Part shown: positions 31,523 through 41,450 of the stretch, in pieces
Layout: each line of letters opens with the position of its first letter
How positions within the stretch are numbered: position 1 is the first letter of the stretch
Source of the DNA: an uncultured Nitrospiraceae bacterium
Lineage (GTDB): Bacteria; Nitrospirota; Thermodesulfovibrionia; Thermodesulfovibrionales; Dissulfurispiraceae
Assembly: GCA_963727805.1 (NCBI GenBank)
Contig: CAVSHF010000003.1
Coordinates: forward strand, 448,001 to 512,000
Direction: 5' to 3'
DNA length: 64,000 nt
Made by a program: the position numbers and the translations under genes
The notes under the pieces: model-generated
What the model saw: only the letters and a program-made list of their open reading frames with translations
Told to the model about the DNA's origin: nothing
The model's database searches: none

Positions 31523-32581
31523 ATGTCGAGAATCAGATTTGAGAGCAGTCAGTCAAAAGTAATCCTTCTGAATCCTTTTAATGGTTTTGTTGAAGAAACT
31601 CATACTGTAGAAGTGCGAAAGGACCCCCTGCTGGGCGGCAACAGTGTCTATAACCCGAGGCTGAAAGATAAAGTCAAATTTTTTTTTGGTGACTGCGATG
31701 CCGGGCTGATAAATGAATTGGTAGACGATAGCACAAAGACATGCATCTTCTGCGGTGAGAAGCTTGAGAGGAATACCCCCAGATATCCGCGAAGTCTCGT
31801 TTCTGAGGGGCGTATCAGAATCGGCGAGGCTGTACTGTTTCCAAACCTCTTTCCGGTAGGCAAGTACCATTCCGTTATCACCCTGAGCAAGGCTCATTTC
31901 CTCAAACTTCCCGAATTCTCGTCTGAACTTATAGGTGACGGGTTTAGGGCAGCTCAACGCTTCGTTAAGACTGTCTACAACCGCGATCAGGAGGCATCGT
32001 TCGTTACTGTAAATGCTAATTATCTCTTCCCGGCAGGTGCCACCTTGGTCCACCCTCATCTGCAGATGCTGATCACGCCGACAGCCTATTCGTATCATGA
32101 ACGGCTTATTCAGGCATGCCGTTCTTATTATCAGGAAACCCACTCAGAATACTATCCCGATCTGATCGAACAAGAAAAAGGTATCGGCTCGAGATATATA
32201 ACGCAAAGTGGAGGATGGCACTGGATTACTGCATTTTCTCCAATGGGGATTAATGAAATTGTTGCTGTGCATGAAAAGGAGCACGATTTCGGGGTTCTGT
32301 CTGATTCCGACTTGATAAATCTTGCATCTGGTGTCTCCAAAGTATTGGCTCTTTATGATAGCCTCGGTCATCTAAGTTTTAACTATTCCATCTATTCGGC
32401 AAGAGATCCTTTTTCAGGAGAAGGATTTCGTTGCATTCTGAAAATTATCAGCAGGCAAAACCTCTATCCCAATTATAGAAATGATGATTATTTTCTGCAA
32501 AAGCTGCTCCATACGGAATTGATCATAAATCTTCCCGAAGAATTAGCCATGAAGTCGCAGAAGTTTTTTAAGGAGACTTAA
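31523..32581 (+). CDS. GalT/HIT-superfamily nucleotidyltransferase
   Basis: EVRKDPL, CIFC, FPNLFP, AGATLVHPHLQ (HxHxQ catalytic motif). Confidence 0.8.
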   Translation: MSRIRFESSQSKVILLNPFNGFVEETHTVEVRKDPLLGGNSVYNPRLKDKVKFFFGDCDAGLINELVDDSTKTCIFCGEKLERNTPRYPRSLVSEGRIRIGEAVLFPNLFPVGKYHSVITLSKAHFLKLPEFSSELIGDGFRAAQRFVKTVYNRDQEASFVTVNANYLFPAGATLVHPHLQMLITPTAYSYHERLIQACRSYYQETHSEYYPDLIEQEKGIGSRYITQSGGWHWITAFSPMGINEIVAVHEKEHDFGVLSDSDLINLASGVSKVLALYDSLGHLSFNYSIYSARDPFSGEGFRCILKIISRQNLYPNYRNDDYFLQKLLHTELIINLPEELAMKSQKFFKET

Positions 32582-32582
32582 G

Positions 32583-33053
32583 ATGTTTGACCTTGATATA
32601 CCCGGCTTTGGACATATCAAACTCAGATACTTCGTATCAGACTTTACGGGAACCCTGTCTGTGGATGGAAAGCTCCTGCCTGGCGTGAGGGAAGGACTAT
32701 CCCAGATCGCAAAACTCCTCACGGTGCATGTGCTAACCGCCGATACATTCGGCAAGGCGAGGGCTGCACTCGAAGGCGTGTCATGCGAGATGCATATACT
32801 TGAAGGCGCAGCTCTTGATAGACAGAAAGAAGAATTTGTCCATAAGCTCGGGGCGGAGGGTGTCATTGCGCTTGGTAACGGCAATAATGACAGGAAAATG
32901 CTCAAGGCCGCAAAGATAGGAATTGCAGTCTGTCTTGATGAGGGGTGCTCGATAGATGCTCTTATTTCTGCCGACATTTTTGTAAAATCGCCGGTTGACG
33001 CTTTTGATCTTGTATTACATCACAAAAGGCTTAAAGCGACGTTGCGTTATTGA
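32583..33053 (+). CDS. HAD-family hydrolase (soluble P-type ATPase-like)
   Basis: SDFTGTLSVDG, LTADTFG, GNGNNDRKML. Confidence 0.88.
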   Translation: MFDLDIPGFGHIKLRYFVSDFTGTLSVDGKLLPGVREGLSQIAKLLTVHVLTADTFGKARAALEGVSCEMHILEGAALDRQKEEFVHKLGAEGVIALGNGNNDRKMLKAAKIGIAVCLDEGCSIDALISADIFVKSPVDAFDLVLHHKRLKATLRY

Positions 33054-33170
33054 TAAATATTCAGCAAACAATTGCTTCAAACAAAAGTGAAGCCTGTATT
33101 CTAGAATTGTCGATTCACAATTACAATTAGCAGAAAATCTCAGGCTGATATTTTAGTGCGCGGTCTATAA

Positions 33171-34304
33171 CTATCTTTCTCTCCATATCTGAGCTGGAAT
33201 GTGGTCTCTGACTGTCTTTTTGAGTCGCAAACGGTTTAGATAAGTGAAAGGTGCTTTTGATATCTTCGACTTGCCAGAGATCGTCCTTTCCGGTTCGAAG
33301 ACGAGATCAAGAAGATGGGCAACAGGCGTGTATTTCCCAAGAAAATTCACGCAACCGGCGCAATAGGTGAGGATCATTTTTCCGTCAGCTTCTTTTTGTC
33401 TCCGGGAAGACCATTTCCCAGCTAGCTCGGGCGATACAAATTCGACTGCTCCGCCCTCTCCGCAGCAGAGGGTTTTTCCCTGGTGATGCTGCATCTCTAC
33501 AAGCTTGATGCCTTTTTCCGCTATGATTTGTCGGACCGCGGTATAAATCGGAACATGATGTCTAACCGTGCATGGGTCATGTATGGTGAGAATGCCGGAA
33601 ATAGAAGGAGTTCTGGGTAGTCCCTTTTCGGCTAGGACTTCATAAACCGTTTGAACTGAAAGACCTTTACCATATTCAGCAAATATCGTATAACAGCTCG
33701 GACAAGCGACAATGATATTGCTGACCCCATTTTCTATCAGAAACGTGTTCATCTCACCAAACATAGCTTCGAAATGATGCTGGTGGCCCAGATCGTGAGA
33801 TGGTTTGGTGCAACAGTCAAGTACAATTCCGAGGGATGCATCAATATTCCTCATGTGTTTATAGAGCTTCATTACCATGTGGGACCGTGTCCCCGACAGT
33901 GTACAACCAGGGAAAAAGATGGTATCGCATTTCTCTGGAAGCGCATAATAGGTATATCGCTTCGACGTTCCTCTGCTTTCATAATCCAGTAATCGTGAAT
34001 GCTCCGGGAAATCGTAAACTCCGCGCCAGACCTTTTCTCGCCTCATTTCGAGGAACATTTTTGATGGATCGATATTGACTGGACAGACAGCTTCACAGAG
34101 CCCGCATAGGCTGCATTCAAAAGGAATTGACTGGTGCCGCTTATCAGTGGGTTGATAGGCGCTAGCTATTTTTTTTGGAAAACCATATTTCTGTAAAAAA
34201 CCGCACTCGGCCTGGCACTCCCCACATTCAATACATTTTTGGGCTATCTCAGCAGTGGCCGACAGTGAAGAGCGATTCATATCTTTTCCCCGAGATGCTT
34301 TCAC
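33171..34304 (-). CDS. (Fe-S)-binding oxidoreductase with two CCG domains
   Basis: CIECGEC, CSLCGLCEAVCP, FPGC, DCC, ACPSC, HDPC, CCGEGG, TYCAGC. ATG 34280 is an alternative start. Confidence 0.85.
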   Translation of the reverse strand: MKASRGKDMNRSSLSATAEIAQKCIECGECQAECGFLQKYGFPKKIASAYQPTDKRHQSIPFECSLCGLCEAVCPVNIDPSKMFLEMRREKVWRGVYDFPEHSRLLDYESRGTSKRYTYYALPEKCDTIFFPGCTLSGTRSHMVMKLYKHMRNIDASLGIVLDCCTKPSHDLGHQHHFEAMFGEMNTFLIENGVSNIIVACPSCYTIFAEYGKGLSVQTVYEVLAEKGLPRTPSISGILTIHDPCTVRHHVPIYTAVRQIIAEKGIKLVEMQHHQGKTLCCGEGGAVEFVSPELAGKWSSRRQKEADGKMILTYCAGCVNFLGKYTPVAHLLDLVFEPERTISGKSKISKAPFTYLNRLRLKKTVRDHIPAQIWRER

Positions 34305-34313
34305 CTTTTATTT

Positions 34314-34855
34314 TGACATAAGCATTCCGACCTCTTTCCATGGGGCATAAAGAGTGTGGAAGATACTTGGATCAACAAGTTTGATCAATTTCCGGTACGC
34401 TCTATAATCCGACTTTCTTTATTACAATAGACAACTTTTTTCGGTAATCCGTAGGATATTGACGCGACAATATGAACTGGAATATTAATTGCCAATAGAA
34501 TATGTACTTCATTGAACTCCCTGCGTTCTTTTATATCGACGAGGACGTACTCTCCCTTATCCTCTTTCAGCAAGCTGTCCATTTGAGCAGGACTTAACAT
34601 AGTTGTCTCGATATTTTTGCTGTAATTGGGGAGTGCAACAATACAAGGTCCTTCTCTTCCCTAACATGATCCTTCAATATAGTCCATGATATTTTTATAT
34701 CCTGTAACTTCCAACTTGTGCCTGAGCTTCTTACTCTTACCACTTTTGATGCCACTGCAGTAAATCACTAGCAGGTCATGTCTGTCAGTCGGAAGTTTTG
34801 ATGCGTCATTTTTAAACTTATCTTCGGCATGTTGATCGCATCCCTATCCGCATGA
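34314..34855 (-). pseudogene. Degraded tandem (two-domain) rhodanese-like sulfurtransferase
   Basis: Minus-strand fragments: DAINMP / KLPTDRHDLLVIYCSGIKSGKSKK..GYKNI..Y.EG (stop) ... YVLVDIKERREFNEVHILLAINIP...VVYCN. Contains a frameshift and internal stops. Confidence 0.7.
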
Positions 34856-34857
34856 TT

Positions 34858-35907
34858 CTATATAATTCTTATCCCATGGGTTGCACTGCCCACTGCTTCA
34901 CCAATCTTAACAGCAGTTTCAACACCCGCATTTTTTAATTTATTAACTAGCTCTTCAGCCTGAGATCCTGGAACAGCCAGCAGGAGCCCTCCAGATGTCT
35001 GAGGGTCGAAGAGCAGTTCCTCCTTCTCCTTTGATAGTTTCGTGACGATTTCAAGATAGCCTTCAGAAAGTCTCCTGTTTGCTTTGTTGCTTCCTGTCGT
35101 TTCACCTTTACGGTACATATTAAGCGCATGCGGATAAAAGGGGAACTCTTTACCAAAAAGGTTAATTTGCACTCCGCTACCCATTGCCATTTCCAATGAG
35201 TGTCCAACAATACCAAATCCGGTTATGTCAGTACATGAATGAACATCAAAATTCAATGCTATATCTAAAGTTTTCCCATTCAGTTCAGCTACTTGAGGCA
35301 GGATAGGTTCCAGTTCCCTAAAAGAAAGTTTTTTTGATCGGCATGCATTAAATAAAACCCCTGTCCCTAATGGTTTTGTGAGAATAAGGGCATCACCTTC
35401 CTTGGCTCCGCAATTCGTCAATATCCTATCTGGATGGACGATTCCTGTGACAGCCAGGCCATATTTGGGCTCATTATCATCGACTGAATGTCCGCCAGCC
35501 ATGGAAGCTCCCGACTCCATGACTTTGTCATTGCCACCACGAAGTATCTCTCTTAAAACTCCTTTATCGAGTATTTTTGAGGGAAACATGACGAGATTCA
35601 GGGCTGTAAGGGGCTTGCCACCCATAGCATAGATGTCAGATAAAGAATTTGCTGCGGCGATTTGTCCAAACCAGTAAGGATCATCGACCGGGGGTGTAAT
35701 GAAATCCACGGTACTGATGAAAGCTATCTCACTGGTGAGGCGGTACACAGCTGCATCATCCGAAGTGTTGAAACCAACTAAGAGGTTGGGATCCTGAGAA
35801 GGACTGAGTGCTTTCAGTGCGTCCGACAGATCTGACGGACCAATTTTAGCCGCTCAGCCACACGTGCGAGAGAGTCCGGTTAATGTTTTTTTTTGGAAGA
35901 ATTTCAT
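34858..35907 (-). CDS. selD: Selenide,water dikinase (selenophosphate synthetase), selenoprotein with Sec at UGA 35854-35856
   Basis: ATG 35907 gives MKFFQKKTLTGLSRTCG-U-AAKIGP..LLVGFNTSDDAAVY, in frame with the ORF containing TVDFITP, ANSLSDIYAMGG, GGHS, TDITGFG, DPQTSGGLL. Confidence 0.93.
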
Positions 35908-35976
35908 GATTTGTTAGAGGTGGCCCCCATTGGTTGGACAGCTTTGGGGCTGATTTAAGGTGGAAGCCACCGGTCA

Positions 35977-36843
35977 TCATGCCGCCAGTTTTCCCGGGCA
36001 ACCTGCCTTTGGCAGATTCCAGTATGCTTCATGAGGCGTCCTGTCGTCCAGAGAAGAATGAGGACGCTCCTCGTTATACTGCTTGATCCACTCGCCGATG
36101 CCATTTCTTGCTTCATTGCCGGTCTCAAATGCGTATCTATAAACGCAATCATACTTCAGTGATCGCCATAGCCGTTCAACCATCACGTTATCCACCCAGC
36201 GGCCTTTTCCGTCCATTGATATCTTTACACCGGAATCCAGGAGCGTCTGTGTGAACTCAATACTGGTGAACTGGCTGCCTTGATCGGTATTGAAGATCCC
36301 TGGTTTGCCGTATCTGGCCAAGGCCTCTTTGAGGGCTGTCACACAGAAAGCAGCTTCCATAGTGTTGCTGAGCCGCCAGCTTAAAACCTTTCGGCTCGCC
36401 CAGTCCATAATCGCCACCAAATATAGAAATCCCCGTCGCATCGGGATGAAGCTGATATCGGCGCACCACACCTGGTTTGGCTCCGTAATGTTCAAGCCTC
36501 TAAGCAGATAGGGATAGACCTTGTGCTCAGGATGCGGTTTGCTCGTGTTGGGTTTCTGGTACATCGCCATTAGCCCCATCTTCTGCATCAATCGACTTAC
36601 CCGCTTCCTGTTTACCCAATATCCCTGCCGCCGTAAATAGCGCGCCATCTGACGGGCTCCATATTCCGGGGTCTTCAGAAATTGCTCGTCAATTAGGCGC
36701 ATCAACTCCAGATTCTGTGCCGATTCTCCCATTGCTTCGTAATACCACGACGAGCGGCTGATTTGAAGTAGGTTGCACTGTCTCGTAATGCTGAGCCTCG
36801 GGTGTTCCGGTTCAATTATCTCTTTCCTTCGATCGCGGCTCAT
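35977..36843 (-). CDS. IS3-family transposase OrfB (DDE integrase core)
   Basis: WCADI, YLVAIMDWASR, NTDQGSQF, DNVMVERLWRSLK, YNEERPHSSL. Confidence 0.95.
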   Translation of the reverse strand: MSRDRRKEIIEPEHPRLSITRQCNLLQISRSSWYYEAMGESAQNLELMRLIDEQFLKTPEYGARQMARYLRRQGYWVNRKRVSRLMQKMGLMAMYQKPNTSKPHPEHKVYPYLLRGLNITEPNQVWCADISFIPMRRGFLYLVAIMDWASRKVLSWRLSNTMEAAFCVTALKEALARYGKPGIFNTDQGSQFTSIEFTQTLLDSGVKISMDGKGRWVDNVMVERLWRSLKYDCVYRYAFETGNEARNGIGEWIKQYNEERPHSSLDDRTPHEAYWNLPKAGCPGKLAA

Positions 36844-37127
36844 CGATTGAAGGCTTTCGCTAAAAAATCCCGCTCCACTGTCAACTGCCCAATCTTGGCA
36901 TGCAGTTCCGTGATTTGAGCCTCGTGAGCGTTTTCGTTACGACCGTGCTTCCCTGTAAATACATCTGCAAGCCCTTCAATAGCCTGCTTCTTCCACTCGC
37001 TAACCTGATTGGGGTGAATATTGTACCGTGATGCGATCTCTACAATCGTCGATCCCTCCCTCATTGCTTCACGCGCTACCTTTGCTTTGAACTCCCCTGA
37101 ATATCGGTTCCTCTTTGTTTTGCTCAT
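36840..37127 (-). CDS. IS3-family transposase OrfA (HTH)
   Basis: RYSGEFKAKVA, IHPNQVSEWKK, KIGQLTVERDFL. ATGA overlap with orfB and a T6 run at 36862-36867 (possible -1 frameshift site). Confidence 0.92.
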   Translation of the reverse strand: MSKTKRNRYSGEFKAKVAREAMREGSTIVEIASRYNIHPNQVSEWKKQAIEGLADVFTGKHGRNENAHEAQITELHAKIGQLTVERDFLAKAFNR

Positions 37128-37267
37128 CTCAGTGCGACCTCCAGTCAATCGTATATTTTACACCTTATACGACTGTCCGATTTCTGGGGTCCACCTCTGT
37201 TAGAAGCCAAACATCTGTAGAGCGAAGTGAGCCCGTGACGAAGTTCTCTATCTGTAACCATACTTTA

Positions 37268-37296
37268 ATACTAGCCTCCCCCCCTTTTTCAGTCAA
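37268..37296 (-). promoter_or_regulatory. sigma70 promoter, probably the original selD promoter
   Basis: Minus strand reads TTGACT-17 nt-TAGTAT, pointing into the IS and selD. Confidence 0.65.
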
Positions 37297-37380
37297 ATAG
37301 GTACTATCGATGGAGGAAGTAGATTCTATCGCTCAAATCTATTCAACAGAGCCGGAAAGTAATGGTTTTATATAAATCAA

Positions 37381-37650
37381 ATGCGCTGCAGGTTAGTAAT
37401 GCTTGATGGCACTGGTGACAAATGGGTGAGCTGCCTTGATGGCAAAACTCCCCTTAATGTGGCATGCACGCCTAGCATGGATTATCCCGCCTCCACAGGG
37501 ATCAATGGACTGTATCGTAGTCTGGCGCAGGGCATTCCAATATCAAACGAAACCGCTCATTTTGTAATCTTCGGTGACTGGATCGAGGACTTTTCGTGAA
37601 GGGGTGTTATTGAAGCAATAGGTGAGCGAATTCCGGTTAAAAAAAATGAT
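37381..37650 (+). pseudogene. apgM: 5' remnant of cofactor-independent phosphoglycerate mutase (ApgM-type)
   Basis: VMLDGTGD..LDGKTPL..A.TP.MD...G, AHFVIFG, then FS-stop-RGVIEAIG, where GRG is expected. Similarity ends at about 37650. Confidence 0.75.
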
Positions 37651-37798
37651 AGTTTAATAGATCTTCACCATCTGAACGATACATCATCACACACTCTCTT
37701 GCCTTAACAAAAACATAACTGTATATTAGATACTCACAATACATCATCTACAATGATGACAATCGGCTATGTGTTTGGCATTGAGGCCCAGAGGAGGT

Positions 37799-38779
37799 AT
37801 GTTGGACTTTCTGAACGTGACCTTTCCTATATCAGGGGTGACGACAAATATTCTCTTCCCTCCGCTTGTAGCTATGGTCGTCTCTTTTTTCACTTCGATG
37901 GGTGGAGTGTCCGGCGCCTTTCTTCTTCTGCCCTTCCAGATGAGTTTTCTCCACTATACAAGCCCGTCGGTAAGCGGAACCAACTTCATTTTCAACATCG
38001 TTGCTATCCCGAGCGGTGTCTATCGTTACCTCAAAGAAGGACGCATGGCATGGCCCCTCACATGGGTAGTTATCCTTGGCACACTGCCGGGCGTTTTCCT
38101 GGGATATTATATAAGGGTACTCTATTTACCTAATCCGTCAGTATTCAAAATGTTTGCAGGCTGTGTCCTGCTTTACATAGGCATGCGGCTGCTCTATGAG
38201 TTTGCGGGGAAGACACAGGCAAAAAACGCTGGTTCAAAAGCTCTTGAAAAGAAGTTTAAGGAACGGGCCGAGGAAATGAGAAAACAACAGAAGTCTAGGA
38301 TCGCTGCCGGTCTTCCTTTAGAAGCGGTAGTAAGAACCATATCAGTCTCATTCACGAGGATTGAGTACGAATTCTGGGGCGAACGGTTTTCGTATAGTAC
38401 AATTGGAATGTTCATACTCGCTTTTGTTGTGGGCATTATCGGGGGAACTTACGGCATTGGCGGAGGGGCGATCATCGCACCATTCTGCGTAGCCGTGTTC
38501 CATCTGCCGGTATACACTATCGCCGGTGCTGCTCTTATGGGAACATTTATCACTTCTCTCGCTGGGGTCACATTTTATTCACTCGCCCCCGTTGCATCCG
38601 GTGTTTCTACAGTTCCGGACTGGGCGCTCGGAATTCTTTTTGGTGCCGGTGGTTTTATCGGAATTTATCTTGGCGCGCGGTTCCAGAAATTTGTTCCACA
38701 GAGGCAAATTAAATTGATCCTCGGTGTGATCATTGTTTCCCTGGCCCTTCGCTATATCTCGCAGTTCTTTCTTGGCTGA
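37799..38779 (+). CDS. Sulfite exporter TauE/SafE family protein
   Basis: SMGGVSGAFLLLP, GIIGGTYGIGGGAII. GAGGAGG RBS. Promoter TTGCCT-17-TATATT at 37699-37727. Confidence 0.88.
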   Translation: MLDFLNVTFPISGVTTNILFPPLVAMVVSFFTSMGGVSGAFLLLPFQMSFLHYTSPSVSGTNFIFNIVAIPSGVYRYLKEGRMAWPLTWVVILGTLPGVFLGYYIRVLYLPNPSVFKMFAGCVLLYIGMRLLYEFAGKTQAKNAGSKALEKKFKERAEEMRKQQKSRIAAGLPLEAVVRTISVSFTRIEYEFWGERFSYSTIGMFILAFVVGIIGGTYGIGGGAIIAPFCVAVFHLPVYTIAGAALMGTFITSLAGVTFYSLAPVASGVSTVPDWALGILFGAGGFIGIYLGARFQKFVPQRQIKLILGVIIVSLALRYISQFFLG

Positions 38780-38901
38780 ATCGACTTACAGCCCTTCCAA
38801 GGCCAGTCCTCAGGCTATCTTTATGGAAAAGTTATCGCAAATATGATATCGTAAGAGTTCATATCGTTACTGACTTCCAGATGTAAAAGGGGTAATGAGC
38901 C

Positions 38902-40635
38902 ATGAAAATGACTGGTGCAGAGATTATCATCGAATGCCTTAAGAGGGAAGGAGTCAAGCATATTTTTGGGTACCCTGGAGGGGTTGTCTTGAATATCTTT
39001 GACCTTCTCTATGATGACAAGGATCTGAAGCTTATCCTTACGAGACACGAGCAGGGTGCCGTTCATGCAGCTGACGGTTATGCACGTGCTACAGGCAGAC
39101 CTGGTGTCGTCCTGGTAACATCCGGGCCTGGTGCTACCAATACCGTGACTGGTATAGCTACAGCGTCCATGGATTCTGTACCAATCGTGGTATTGACAGG
39201 GCAGGTTCCTGCACTCCTAATCGGCAGCGACGCATTCCAGGAAGCCGATATTGTAGGCATTACAAGGTCGTGCAGCAAACATAATTATCTTGCCAATGAT
39301 GTGAATGAGCTTTCGAAATTGATACGTGAAGCCTTTCATATTGCAAAAAGCGGCAGGCCGGGTCCCGTATTGATAGACCTCCCGAGAGACGTTACTGCCG
39401 GCAAGGCTGAATTTGCCTGGCCCGAAAAGGTCTTCATCAGAAGCTACAATCCAACGCTGGAAGGAAATAAATGGATGATTGAAAGGGCTGCCCACGAGAT
39501 CGCTAAGGCAAAGAAGCCCGTCATCATCTCGGGTGGTGGATGCATCATTTCGGAAGCTGCTAACGAATTGAGAGAACTTGCGGAGCACACGAAAATTCCA
39601 GTAGCCATGACGCTTATGGGGCTCGGGAGCTTTCCCGGCACGAACCCGCTTTCGCTCGGCATGCTCGGCATGCACGGAACCTATTACGCGAACAAAAGCG
39701 TGCAGGATTCGGACCTTCTCATCGCCATCGGTATGAGATTTGACGACAGGGTAACCGGTAAGATTGATGGGTTTGCGCCGCATGCAAAGATCATTCATAT
39801 AGACATCGACCCAACGTCGATAAGAAAAAATGTACGTGTTGATATCCCAGTTGTTGGAGATGTCAGGAGGGTCCTGATCCAGCTGAACAAGGTATTGAAA
39901 GAAGATGTTGATGAACCTTGGGCGGAGGTCCGGAAGTCTTGGCTCAAGCAGATCAATGACTGGAAAAAAGAGCGGCCTATGTCATATACGTTCAACGAAG
40001 AGGTGATCAAGCCCCAGTTCGTAATAGAGAAAATATACGAGCTGACCAAAGGGGATGCTATCATTACCACCGAAGTTGGTCAGAACCAGATGTGGGCGGC
40101 GCAGTTCTACAAATTCGATAAGCCGAGGAGACTTCTTACTTCCGGCGGCCTTGGTACTATGGGATACGGGTTCCCCGCTGCTATAGGTGCGCAGCTTGCA
40201 CATCCCGAAAAGATGGTAATCGACATAGCGGGCGACGGTAGCATCCAGATGAACATCCAGGAACTTGCGACGGCGGTAATATATAAATTACCCGTTAAAG
40301 TGGCTATTCTGAACAACCATTTCCTTGGTATGGTAAGGCAGTGGCAGGAGCTTTTCTTTAATGAAAGATATTCATCCAGTAATCTCGATGTAGTGCCGGA
40401 TTTCGTAGCGCTGGCCCAGGCATATGGAGCAGTCGGACTGAGGGCGACAAAGCCGAGCGAGGTCGAGCCAGTTCTGAGGGAGGCTTTTAAGGTAAAAAAG
40501 ACTGTCTTTATGGACTTTATCATCGACTGGAAAGAGAAGGTCTATCCGATGGTGCCGGCGGGGGCCACGATAGACACCATGCTCTTCGAGGAAAAAGAAA
40601 AGAAGCCTGAAAGAAAGCTTAGGGCCGTCAAGTAA
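38902..40635 (+). CDS. ilvB: Acetolactate synthase large subunit
   Basis: [42 protein letters not shown]. Confidence 0.97.
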   Translation: MKMTGAEIIIECLKREGVKHIFGYPGGVVLNIFDLLYDDKDLKLILTRHEQGAVHAADGYARATGRPGVVLVTSGPGATNTVTGIATASMDSVPIVVLTGQVPALLIGSDAFQEADIVGITRSCSKHNYLANDVNELSKLIREAFHIAKSGRPGPVLIDLPRDVTAGKAEFAWPEKVFIRSYNPTLEGNKWMIERAAHEIAKAKKPVIISGGGCIISEAANELRELAEHTKIPVAMTLMGLGSFPGTNPLSLGMLGMHGTYYANKSVQDSDLLIAIGMRFDDRVTGKIDGFAPHAKIIHIDIDPTSIRKNVRVDIPVVGDVRRVLIQLNKVLKEDVDEPWAEVRKSWLKQINDWKKERPMSYTFNEEVIKPQFVIEKIYELTKGDAIITTEVGQNQMWAAQFYKFDKPRRLLTSGGLGTMGYGFPAAIGAQLAHPEKMVIDIAGDGSIQMNIQELATAVIYKLPVKVAILNNHFLGMVRQWQELFFNERYSSSNLDVVPDFVALAQAYGAVGLRATKPSEVEPVLREAFKVKKTVFMDFIIDWKEKVYPMVPAGATIDTMLFEEKEKKPERKLRAVK

Positions 40636-40646
40636 GGGAGGGGAAG

Positions 40647-41138
40647 ATGAGACATACGATTTCCGTTCTTGTTGAAAACAAATTCGGGGTACTCTCAAGG
40701 GTTGCAGCCCTCTTCAGCGGCAGGGGATACAATATTGAAAGCATCTCTGTTGGTGAGACTATCGACCCCCAGATTTCGATAATGACCATAGTGACTGCAG
40801 GAGATGACTGGATTGTCGAGCAGATCACCAAACAACTTAATAAACTCATCGATGTCATCAAGCTGGTCGATCTGACCGAACTTGACCATGTCGAACGGGA
40901 AATGATCCTCATCAAGGTTACACCTCGGAAGGAAAACAGGATTGAAGTCCTGCGAACGGCTGAGATATTCAGGGGGAGGGTCGTCGATTCGAGCCAGGAT
41001 ACGTATACTATCGAGGTTACCGGAAACGAAAAGAAGATACAGGCCTTCATAGAGCTGATGAGACCAATGGGGATCAAGGAATTTGTGAGGACCGGGAAAA
41101 TTGCCATTTCGAGGGAAATATTCAAGAAGACCAAATAG
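40647..41138 (+). CDS. ilvN: Acetolactate synthase small subunit
   Basis: [35 protein letters not shown]. Confidence 0.96.
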   Translation: MRHTISVLVENKFGVLSRVAALFSGRGYNIESISVGETIDPQISIMTIVTAGDDWIVEQITKQLNKLIDVIKLVDLTELDHVEREMILIKVTPRKENRIEVLRTAEIFRGRVVDSSQDTYTIEVTGNEKKIQAFIELMRPMGIKEFVRTGKIAISREIFKKTK

Positions 41139-41450
41139 AAACGGCTCTGATTATTCAGTTAGCCTCATGAATGCGGGATAGGAGATTCATGAACAAAATA
41201 AATTTGCTTAACGTGACAAGACGGTTCATTCACTCTTATTGAACACACTGGAAGATGATATAATTGATTCTATGGACTGCCGATTACGCGGGTACAATAA
41301 GCTACCTGTCGTTCACCACATAGACCCTGCCGGGGACGCTCTCTTGACAGTTACTGTATCAATTTCCGTAAGTCGGGGCCGAAACACTTACCAGCCAGTT
41401 CTTGCTGATGTTGCTGAAAGGAGAAGGGGATTGTCCCCTCATTTGCCATT

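Larger units (their letters stand above)
35916..37198 (-). mobile_element. IS3-family insertion sequence (1283 bp)
   Basis: Imperfect 26-bp terminal inverted repeats (AGAGGTGGcCCCCAttggTtGGACAG / AGAGGTGGaCCCCAgaaaTcGGACAG, 20/26 identical by eye), 3-bp GTT flanking duplication, orfA plus orfB. Confidence 0.92.

Noticed and set aside
37597..37599. In-frame TGA in the apgM remnant as a possible third selenocysteine
   Set aside because: It aligns with the Gly of the conserved GRG motif (GGA to TGA), not a Cys, and the gene is truncated soon after.
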